Origin: Candidatus Hermodarchaeota archaeon
Lineage (GTDB): Archaea; Asgardarchaeota; Thorarchaeia; Thorarchaeales; Thorarchaeaceae
Assembly: GCA_048885865.1 (NCBI GenBank)
Contig: JBHLLF010000055.1
Coordinates: 1 to 14,861, forward strand
Direction of reading: 5' to 3'
DNA length: 14,861 bases
Shown here: positions 1-7,053 of the stretch, in pieces
How the letters are laid out: each line of letters opens with the position of its first letter
How positions within the stretch are numbered: the first letter of the stretch is position 1
Position numbers and translations under genes: made by a program
Notes under the pieces: model-generated
The model's input: the letters and a program-made list of their open reading frames with translations, nothing else
The model's database searches: none
What the model was told of the DNA's origin: nothing

Positions 1-1578
1 ATGATACACATCATTTACTACAATGTAGTATTCGTAGTTGGCAGCTTCTAGGCCAACCAGAAACGCAAAGAATGTGTTGCCGTCATCTGGTGTTTGCATC
101 CCGCCTTGTGGTTGAGTCCACTCAGGATTGCCCTCCTTTCTGAAGAAGAATTCCGCTGATTCAACAGCAGTAGTTTCTCGGACCCCGACTTCTACTGTGA
201 TGAAGTCGTCAATAACCGTGGGATGAAGTGGATCAAGGGGTGCCTGTGTGACCTCTGGTGGTTCAAGTTCTGATACGAGTATGTAGAGGTCATTGCCTGA
301 TGTGATGAAGATATCCTCCAAGGCATCTTCATTGAGATCAAAGATACGAATCGAATCTACCGTCTCTATGAGTGATTCTGTATACGCGATCTCTGCATTG
401 CTACCGTGAATGAAACTCGGGTTCTCAGGATCAGCTATGAGGGCAACATCTGTGACTGTGTCCCGATCAATCATTCCTGTTTCAAATGATTGGGCGGTGG
501 CATATACTCCTGGGGTCTCTCTAAAGATCTCCCAATTCGTACCGTTGATGAAAAACGCCAATCGCCAATTTGGAGTGCTCACGACAATGTCTTCCTGGCT
601 ATCACCAGTAAAATTGCCGGTCTTAGCATATAGCTGACCTCCAGAAGGACCTACTCCAATCTGATAGATTTGTGCTAGATCAGTCCCCTGATACAGAGTC
701 AAATCCCCAAGAATATCAAGTATAGCTATGTCAGAGAGACCGCCACCATAATCGAATCGAAGTATCCCCCTTGGAGTGGCATGCGTCATATTGAGATTGC
801 ATGTTCCATCCCCATTGACGACCCATACATGTGTATCGTTGGTCAGCACAATTTGGTCTGCTGAAGGATCTGAGAATCTTCCTATTGCATTATGGACTCT
901 AAGATAGGTGCCCACATTGAAAGTACCAATAATGCCCCCTGTGCTGAGGTCTATTGTATGCATCGAATAATCTGGCGCCCAGTTCGCTATAAATGCCAAA
1001 TCGGGTGATGTATCGCCGTTAAAATCGCCTATCCCGAGCAAGGTCCCTGAAACACCTTGAAGGCCGGTCCATTCAGTCAGGGTGTCGTCATTCAAGTCCG
1101 CGATATAGGGCGTTAGAGTGGTACTGTCAAGCCGCTTCAACCCGATGAACTCGTCGTGGCCATCGTCGTCGACATCCTCAACAATGAGGTTGTTGTAAAG
1201 TGCATAAGCAGGTCCAACACTCATGTTGAAGGAAATGCCACTCAGAGGGTCCAAGAATAGAAGCAATTCATCTCCTGGATCTACGTAGGCGAATCCAGTC
1301 AGCCCCATGGTTCTCGCGGGCGCTACGCGATATACACTGGGAGGAAGTGTAACATGCATTAGATTCTGTGGACCACCTACTGAAAGAATGCTAGCCTCTT
1401 CAGGAGTGGCATTGCTTTTTACGGCAGCCATGTTTGCATCTCCTGAAATCAACGGAAACATGACCGCAAATATCAGAAAGACTACGCACATTGCTTTCAT
1501 CAATTCTTTTTCAAAGCCATGTGCCTCTCTTGCTCTAGGTCTAAACCTGCTTGACTCGATTTTCAACGATCTCGCCAT
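1..1578 (-). CDS. Secreted/surface protein with FG-GAP (VCBS-like) beta-propeller followed by an Ig/FN3-like domain; 3' end lies beyond the window
   Basis: Hand translation shows no stop from ATG 1578 (alternative ATG 1500) to position 1. It has a hydrophobic N-terminal segment (MKAMCVVFLIFAVMFPLISGDA) and seven Dx[DN]xD-like motifs (EDVDDDGHDEF, GDFNGDTSPDL, GRFSDPSADQI, FDYGGGLSDI, GNFTGDSQEDI, GMIDRDTVTDV, FDLNEDALEDI). A beta-sandwich-like segment follows (PPEVTQ...ITVEV...YEYYIVVND). Probably absent from the ORF track because it has no stop inside the window. Confidence 0.88.
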   Translation of the reverse strand, partial: MARSLKIESSRFRPRAREAHGFEKELMKAMCVVFLIFAVMFPLISGDANMAAVKSNATPEEASILSVGGPQNLMHVTLPPSVYRVAPARTMGLTGFAYVDPGDELLLFLDPLSGISFNMSVGPAYALYNNLIVEDVDDDGHDEFIGLKRLDSTTLTPYIADLNDDTLTEWTGLQGVSGTLLGIGDFNGDTSPDLAFIANWAPDYSMHTIDLSTGGIIGTFNVGTYLRVHNAIGRFSDPSADQIVLTNDTHVWVVNGDGTCNLNMTHATPRGILRFDYGGGLSDIAILDILGDLTLYQGTDLAQIYQIGVGPSGGQLYAKTGNFTGDSQEDIVVSTPNWRLAFFINGTNWEIFRETPGVYATAQSFETGMIDRDTVTDVALIADPENPSFIHGSNAEIAYTESLIETVDSIRIFDLNEDALEDIFITSGNDLYILVSELEPPEVTQAPLDPLHPTVIDDFITVEVGVRETTAVESAEFFFRKEGNPEWTQPQGGMQTPDDGNTFFAFLVGLEAANYEYYIVVNDVYH

Positions 1579-1772
1579 CCTTCAAATTGTCGCGAATCCC
1601 TGCATAATACCTAATGTCGCTAAAATCGCGTATCTCTATTTCTAGGCCCATCGCCCCTTTTATTGATTCTGAGTGGTCGAGTTCCTCCAACTGAATTCCA
1701 AACATTCAAGTTGTGCTTTTCCTCGCTCGAGTCAGGGCCTAAAGCCACAATTAGGTTGAGGAGATTCAAAGA

Positions 1773-3134
1773 ATGGTTGATAACATAGCTGTGATTGGTT
1801 GTGGTGCTGCAGGTGCCACAGCCGCGTTACAGGCAAGGAAATTCAATCGCAAAGTCGAGATTTCGGTGTTCAACACGGAGCCTTATTCTCAATACTCGCG
1901 CTGCGGTCTACCCTACACCATTTCTGGCAAGGTGGGCGATTTTCTTGACCTAGTTCTCATGCCACCTGATAATTGGGGGCAGTTGAAAATTGATTCACAC
2001 CTTGGTGTAACAGTTGACAAAATCGACCATGGCGCAAGAGAACTGCATTTCAAGAATGCAGAAGGTGAAGACGAGCGAAAGTATGATGCATTGATTTTTG
2101 CGACAGGAGCTGAAAATGCCGATCCACCAATCAAAGGTCTGGATAGGAAGCGTGTATACGGACTCCGCACACTTGATGATGCCAAAGCTCTTGCCTCGGA
2201 AGTTGGTAAAGCAAAGAAAGCAGTCGTAATCGGAGGTGGCCTTGTCGGAATGGAGGCAGCCGAGGCCTTTCATGAGAAGGGTCTGGATGTCACAGTTGTT
2301 GAGTTCCTCCCTCATTGTCTTCTCGCTATGGTAGACCCTGACATGGCTCAGATTGTTGAGGATCATTGTAGAGAACATGGTCTCAAGATAATCATCAACA
2401 CTGCGGCGCAAGAGATTCTCGGCGATGAATCACCAACTGGTGTCGTTCTCAAAAGTCGCGAAACTAATGAGGAGTCCACAATCGATGCTGACTTCGTGGT
2501 TGTTGCTACTGGAGTTCGTCCAGTAACCGAGCTGGCTGAGAGCATAGGTGTCAAGACTGGACCTACACGCGGAATTGTGGCTGATGAAAGGATGAAGACC
2601 AATCTTGATGATGTGTACGCCTGCGGTGACTGTGTGGAGCATCAGGAGTTCATAACAAAGACACCTATGGCTGGAGGCCTCGGAACAATTGCTGTACGTC
2701 AGGGTAGAGTTGCTGGCATAAATGCCGCAGGCGGGGATGAAAGGTTCCCTGGGATAGTTGGTGCAAAGGTGACAAAGCTCTTTGGACTGGAAATAGCAAG
2801 CACTGGTTTAACTGAGGATATGGCCAAGCGACTTGAAGTGCCAATAGTCAAGGGTTCGATAAAGGGCAGCACAAAGCCCCCCTACTTCATTGGAGGAAAA
2901 GACATCAAGGTTAAAACCTACTTCCATAAAGAAACTGGGAAATTAGTGGGAGGCCAGATGGTAGGTCTTGAGGATGCCGCAATGAGAATCAATGTTATCA
3001 CGTTGGGCATTCAGCACGATATCAATTCGGTGGATCTATTTGATTTCGAAAACTGCTATGCTCCAGCGATATGCGATACTTGGGATCCCATCGTTGAGTC
3101 AGCAAGTGCGGCAAGACGACGTCTTAAGGTGTGA
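1773..3134 (+). CDS. FAD-dependent pyridine nucleotide-disulfide oxidoreductase (CoA-disulfide reductase / NADH oxidase family)
   Basis: FAD motif GCGAAG, single redox Cys in YSRCGLPY, ATGA, NAD-binding GGGLVGMEAAE, GDC and a C-terminal YAP dimerisation loop. SD-like GAGGAG lies upstream. Confidence 0.92.
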   Translation: MVDNIAVIGCGAAGATAALQARKFNRKVEISVFNTEPYSQYSRCGLPYTISGKVGDFLDLVLMPPDNWGQLKIDSHLGVTVDKIDHGARELHFKNAEGEDERKYDALIFATGAENADPPIKGLDRKRVYGLRTLDDAKALASEVGKAKKAVVIGGGLVGMEAAEAFHEKGLDVTVVEFLPHCLLAMVDPDMAQIVEDHCREHGLKIIINTAAQEILGDESPTGVVLKSRETNEESTIDADFVVVATGVRPVTELAESIGVKTGPTRGIVADERMKTNLDDVYACGDCVEHQEFITKTPMAGGLGTIAVRQGRVAGINAAGGDERFPGIVGAKVTKLFGLEIASTGLTEDMAKRLEVPIVKGSIKGSTKPPYFIGGKDIKVKTYFHKETGKLVGGQMVGLEDAAMRINVITLGIQHDINSVDLFDFENCYAPAICDTWDPIVESASAARRRLKV

Positions 3135-3576
3135 TGAGGTCAATATTCTCGAAGGCGTATTGAAATGAACTAACCTGAGTCGGGGAGCTAGAGACCACCA
3201 CAACCTCCCTGACCCTGCTGGACCATTTCGAATGGGCGTAGATAGCCTTAGCTATCTCTTCTGCCACCTCCCAGCTAGGAACTCTAGCGACCTCTAGACC
3301 CAATGTATAGAAGCCAACTGATGAAATTTCCTGCTTCTCAGCGGTTTCAAGGGCCTTTTTAGATGATGCATAGATTGCCTGCCTTCGATTTTCACTAGCG
3401 ATAGTAAGTTCAGGCCAGAACTCTATGTTGTCCGAGGGTGATACTTCTTGAACAGTGAAACCCAATCCTTCAGTTGCTCCGATTGATTTCGACTTAACTG
3501 TCAGTTTGATATTGTCATCATTGTACGGTCCGAGGTGCACTCCAATCTTGATTGACCCGAAAGACCAAGCTATCAT
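3124..3576 (-). CDS. Degenerate macrodomain-like protein
   Basis: The C-terminal half (SSKKALETAEKQEISSVGFYTLGLEVARVPSWEVAEEIAKAI...VREVVVV) aligns by eye with the neighbouring macrodomain (SSVATALDIASEHGLEEIAVPAIGAGIGGLSEEESAKAIADAI...VNRILLV). The start overlaps the upstream stop (ATGA, 3573-3576). Confidence 0.72.
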   Translation of the reverse strand: MIAWSFGSIKIGVHLGPYNDDNIKLTVKSKSIGATEGLGFTVQEVSPSDNIEFWPELTIASENRRQAIYASSKKALETAEKQEISSVGFYTLGLEVARVPSWEVAEEIAKAIYAHSKWSSRVREVVVVSSSPTQVSSFQYAFENIDLITP

Positions 3577-4136
3577 TCATCTTCCCTCATGACATCAACC
3601 ATCACTTGGTCAATGAATGCCTCCTCAACAGCTTTGTCGAAGTGGTCGCACATTTCCTTGTTGAGTCCGACCAGGAGTATCCTGTTGACTGAGCGACTTG
3701 CTCGGGTATATTCAGCAATAGCGTCGGCTATGGCCTTGGCTGATTCCTCTTCTGATAGTCCTCCAATCCCAGCTCCAATTGCAGGCACAGCTATTTCTTC
3801 CAATCCATGCTCGCTTGCAATATCCAATGCTGTTGCGACGGACGACCGAACATTCCAAAATGTTGCGCTTCCTCCAGGAGGCATTCCAGCACAATGTATG
3901 ACATATCTTGCAGGAAGTTTGCCTCCTGTGGTCATCACTGCCTCACCTGGCTTTATCGGGCCTAGTGAGAGTGCTTCCTCCTCAATTTCACTGCCGCCTT
4001 TTGCCTTGATAGCGCCTGCTACGCCGCCGCCCATCCATAGGTCCGAGTTTGCAGCATTTATGATGGCATCGACTCCCAACTCGGTAATGTCACCATGGTG
4101 GGTTCGAATCAGAACACCGCCCACTGTCCTCTCCAT
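3573..4136 (-). CDS. Macrodomain protein (MacroD/AF1521-like ADP-ribose binding/hydrolase)
   Basis: GDIT, DAIINAAN, GGGVAGAI, PGEAVMT, VIHC and PAIGAGIGG motifs are all present. SD GGAGGAG lies upstream of ATG 4136. Confidence 0.95.
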   Translation of the reverse strand: MERTVGGVLIRTHHGDITELGVDAIINAANSDLWMGGGVAGAIKAKGGSEIEEEALSLGPIKPGEAVMTTGGKLPARYVIHCAGMPPGGSATFWNVRSSVATALDIASEHGLEEIAVPAIGAGIGGLSEEESAKAIADAIAEYTRASRSVNRILLVGLNKEMCDHFDKAVEEAFIDQVMVDVMREDE

Positions 4137-4251
4137 CGATGACTCCTCCTGTCTTCACAGTCCTCCCTAATAGAACACCATTCCACAAAAGTATGTCGTG
4201 TCATCACAATCCTTTTTGGTAGCAGCCATTTCTCACATCTAGGCGAGAAAT

Positions 4252-4827
4252 CTGAAGGACATAGACCCCAAAGATGAAGCGGATATTATTTCCAAATACG
4301 GTCAGCCAGAGAAGACTCACTTCACTGCTGATTTCCAGCAATTTGAATGCGATTTGGTGAAGCAGAGTACCTCAAAAGGAAGATTCCATGACATAACATG
4401 TTTCATTCGAACTGGGGAGAAGTATGTCAGTATACAGAAGCATGCCTATGCGGAAACTGGGATATACCGTGCACCCTCGGGCGGTGCTAATATGGGTGAG
4501 TCTCTCGAGGCGGCTGCAAAAAGAGAGATGTACGAAGAGACAGGTTTCAAGATTCGTCTGATTCGATACGTATTGGACTCTCGTCTGGATGTTGTCTGTG
4601 AAGATGGCACAATCCCTTGGCGGTCACTGGTGTTCCTTGCTGAGATTGAAGGAGGCGAAATGAATGCCTTCGACACATATGAGATCTATGAGGTCAAGAC
4701 GGTTACTCGTGAGGAAATGCTCGGACCCATATGCAGGCTTATGGAGGATTCAGGCTGGGGCGGTTTCCTCTATCGTGCTCATCTAACAAAAAGGTTCTTT
4801 GAGCAACTCGACTTGCTAGGAATTTGA
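4252..4827 (+). CDS. Nudix hydrolase
   Basis: Perfect Nudix box G-x5-E-x7-REUxEExGU (GGANMGESLEAAAKREMYEETGF). The frame is open from 4243. The start is uncertain: CTG 4252 or ATA 4261, versus the track's TTG 4354. Confidence 0.9.
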   Translation: MKDIDPKDEADIISKYGQPEKTHFTADFQQFECDLVKQSTSKGRFHDITCFIRTGEKYVSIQKHAYAETGIYRAPSGGANMGESLEAAAKREMYEETGFKIRLIRYVLDSRLDVVCEDGTIPWRSLVFLAEIEGGEMNAFDTYEIYEVKTVTREEMLGPICRLMEDSGWGGFLYRAHLTKRFFEQLDLLGI

Positions 4828-4845
4828 CATGACTATCCTATTGCT

Positions 4846-4882
4846 AAAAAAAAGAAAAGGCTGGCTGCAGTCTTCTGCAGCC
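4846..4882 (-). terminator. Hairpin plus U-tract terminator for the tfb genes
   Basis: Perfect 8-bp stem GGCTGCAG (4863-4870)/CTGCAGCC (4875-4882) with a 4-nt loop. On the minus strand it is followed by TTTTCTTTTTTTT (4858-4846) and starts 8 nt after the stop of the second tfb. Confidence 0.8.
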
Positions 4883-4890
4883 CTGGTACC

Positions 4891-5895
4891 TTACGGAGCC
4901 ATCGATATCTTGAGTCGTGAGACCAGCTCCTTGTACCTGTTACGAATTGTGACCTCTGTAACACTTGCTGCCAGAGCTATTTGACGCTGAGTCACTCTAT
5001 TATCAGTGAGTATTGATGCGATGTAAATCGCTGCTGCAGCTAGTCCTCTTGGGTCTCTGCCGGTGACAAGACCCCCAGCAGCCTTCGCTTCGTCTAGCAG
5101 TTCAAGTGCCTTGCTCTGAACCTCGCCTGGAAGGCCAAGGTCTGAGATGAACCTCGGTACGTAGTTCGCCGGTTCTGAAACTGGCATTCTCAGGCCGAGC
5201 TTAGTCACCAGAAGCCTGTAGCTGGCGCCCATCTTCTTCTTGTGGACTCTACTGTACTCCGATATCTCTTCAAGAGATCTCGGTGACTTTCTGAGTCTAC
5301 ATGCAGCGTAGATGGCGGCTCCCACCATAGCATCAATTGAACGGCTCTTGACATATCGTCCTAGGATGAGTTTCCTATACAATGTCGCTGCCAGTTCCTT
5401 GATGTTCTTTGTCAGTCCCATTTGGGATGCAAGCCTATCAAGCTCGGTCATTGCCTGTGCCAAGTTGCGCTCCAATGAGCTGTGAACTCGGGTTCGTCTC
5501 TGCCACTTCCTGAGCCTGTAAATCTGGGCTCTCTGTGACGCTGTAAATCGTCTTCCACTGGAGTCATGATCTCTCCAGTCAATCATCGTTGACAGACCCT
5601 TGTCATGAATAGCAATACTCGCAGGAGCTCCGGTCCTCGATCGGGAGTCCCGTTCCTGTGAAGTAAAGGCCCTCCATTCAGGACCAGTGTCTATTCTATG
5701 ATCCGACAGTACTAGACCACACTGGGTACAGACTGTTTCTCCATTCTCCCAAATTGACTCCTTACTGCCACAGTCCGGGCAGACGGAATCGACTATACTT
5801 TCAACCTTTGCATCGTTTGCATTATTACTCTGTGTAGTTCTGGATGCTATCTTTTTCTCCCTCCTCAGGGAAACGGTGTTGGGAATGAATCCCAC
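4891..5895 (-). CDS. tfb: Transcription initiation factor IIB (TFB), downstream paralog
   Basis: Zn ribbon CPDC-x13-CTQC, B-reader GPEWRAF, HDKGLST, LRKWQ, two cyclin repeats and HTH VTEVTIRNRYKEL. The true start may be ATA at 5850 rather than GTG 5895. Confidence 0.97.
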   Translation of the reverse strand: MGFIPNTVSLRREKKIASRTTQSNNANDAKVESIVDSVCPDCGSKESIWENGETVCTQCGLVLSDHRIDTGPEWRAFTSQERDSRSRTGAPASIAIHDKGLSTMIDWRDHDSSGRRFTASQRAQIYRLRKWQRRTRVHSSLERNLAQAMTELDRLASQMGLTKNIKELAATLYRKLILGRYVKSRSIDAMVGAAIYAACRLRKSPRSLEEISEYSRVHKKKMGASYRLLVTKLGLRMPVSEPANYVPRFISDLGLPGEVQSKALELLDEAKAAGGLVTGRDPRGLAAAAIYIASILTDNRVTQRQIALAASVTEVTIRNRYKELVSRLKISMAP

Positions 5896-5930
5896 ACCCC
5901 ACTTGCGTGCTTATGCGCGGATTCCGTAGA

Positions 5931-6872
5931 TCACGGTGCCATTGTGATGTTAAGCTTATTCACCAATTCCTTGTAGCGATTCCTAACGGTCACCTCGGTG
6001 ACGCCAGCGGCCATCGCAATGTCCCGCTGAGTGACTCTGTGATCCATCAGTATCGACGCGATGTATATTGCAGCCGCGGCTAGCCCTCTCGGATCGCGGC
6101 CGGTTACGAGGCTTCTCCGTTCCTTGGCCATGTCCAGTATCTCAAGCACCTTCTGCTGAACTTTGCCTGGGAGATTCAGCTGAGTGATCAGTCTTGGAAC
6201 GTAGTTTGCTGGGTCGGATATCGGCATTTTGAGCTTCAATTTTTCAACCAGCAACCTGTAATGCTGTCCGATCTTCTTCTTTGAGACCCGGCTGTGCCTG
6301 GAGATTTCCTCTAGGGACCTGGGTGCTTTTCTCAGTCTGCATGCGGCATATATAGACGCACCAACCATTGCATCAATCGACCTGCTCCGTGCAAGTCTCT
6401 TGACTATGAGCTTCCTATATAGAAGCGCAGCCAACTCCTTGATGCTCTTTGTGAGTCCAAGCTGTGAAGTCAGTCTGTCAAGCTCAGACATCGCCTGAGC
6501 GAGATTTCTGTCCACTGAGCTATGGACTCGAGTTCTAATCTGCCATTTCCGAAGCCGATAGAACTTCGAGCGCTGTTGTGCTGTGAAACGCTTGCCCTGT
6601 GAGTCGTGATCTCTCCAGTCCATCATCGTTGAGAGACCCTTGTCATGAATTGCGTATGAGCTAGGTGCGCCCGCTCTTGACCGGGCATCTTTCTCATCCG
6701 CTGTGAAGGCTCTCCATTCAGGACCAGTGTCAATTCGGTGGTCGCTGATAACAAGACCACAGGTGGCGCAGATTCTTTCTCCCTTTTCTAGATCCTGCAC
6801 AATCTCATGTCCCCCACAATCTGGACATGTAAATCCTGTGCCTTTTGCTCCTGCTCCTTTTCTTGATGACAT
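5931..6872 (-). CDS. tfb: Transcription initiation factor IIB (TFB), upstream paralog
   Basis: Zn ribbon CPDC-x15-CATC, GPEWRAF, HDKGLST, cyclin repeats and VTEVTVRNRYKEL. Purine-rich SD GGTGAGAGGAGAGG lies upstream. Confidence 0.98.
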   Translation of the reverse strand: MSSRKGAGAKGTGFTCPDCGGHEIVQDLEKGERICATCGLVISDHRIDTGPEWRAFTADEKDARSRAGAPSSYAIHDKGLSTMMDWRDHDSQGKRFTAQQRSKFYRLRKWQIRTRVHSSVDRNLAQAMSELDRLTSQLGLTKSIKELAALLYRKLIVKRLARSRSIDAMVGASIYAACRLRKAPRSLEEISRHSRVSKKKIGQHYRLLVEKLKLKMPISDPANYVPRLITQLNLPGKVQQKVLEILDMAKERRSLVTGRDPRGLAAAAIYIASILMDHRVTQRDIAMAAGVTEVTVRNRYKELVNKLNITMAP

Positions 6873-7037
6873 GGTGGATCGACCTCTCCTCTCACCCTGG
6901 GATTGGATTGGATTACGAAAGGGAATGTAATCTCACCTTTCTTTGAAGTCAAAGTCGTGGTGTGGCGCTGATAAGATCAAGAAGGTGCTCAATCCCTGTA
7001 GGTGGACCCTTAGATTTATATACATAAACGCATTTGG

Positions 7038-7053
7038 CCTTATAAGTCTTTCG
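7038..7053 (-). promoter_or_regulatory. Candidate BRE-TATA promoter of the tfb pair
   Basis: The minus strand reads CGAAAGA-CTTATAAG, fitting the archaeal BRE + TATA layout. This implies a TSS near 7015 and a leader of about 140 nt. Confidence 0.55.

Noticed and set aside
1580-1630. TGTCGC direct repeat upstream of the surface-protein gene
   Set aside because: Only two 6-mers, which is not distinguishable from chance.
1307-1645. 112-aa plus-strand ORF (also 410..637)
   Set aside because: Antisense shadow of the long minus-strand surface-protein gene, with no recognisable motifs.
3589-4170. 193-aa plus-strand ORF
   Set aside because: Antisense to the well-supported macrodomain gene, with the Ser/Pro/Ala-rich composition typical of shadow frames.
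5560-6731. Near-identical DNA stretches between the two tfb genes (e.g. CTCCATTCAGGACCAGTGTC in both) as gene conversion or a repeat element
   Set aside because: These encode the most conserved B-reader/linker residues of duplicated genes, so paralogy explains them without a dS analysis.
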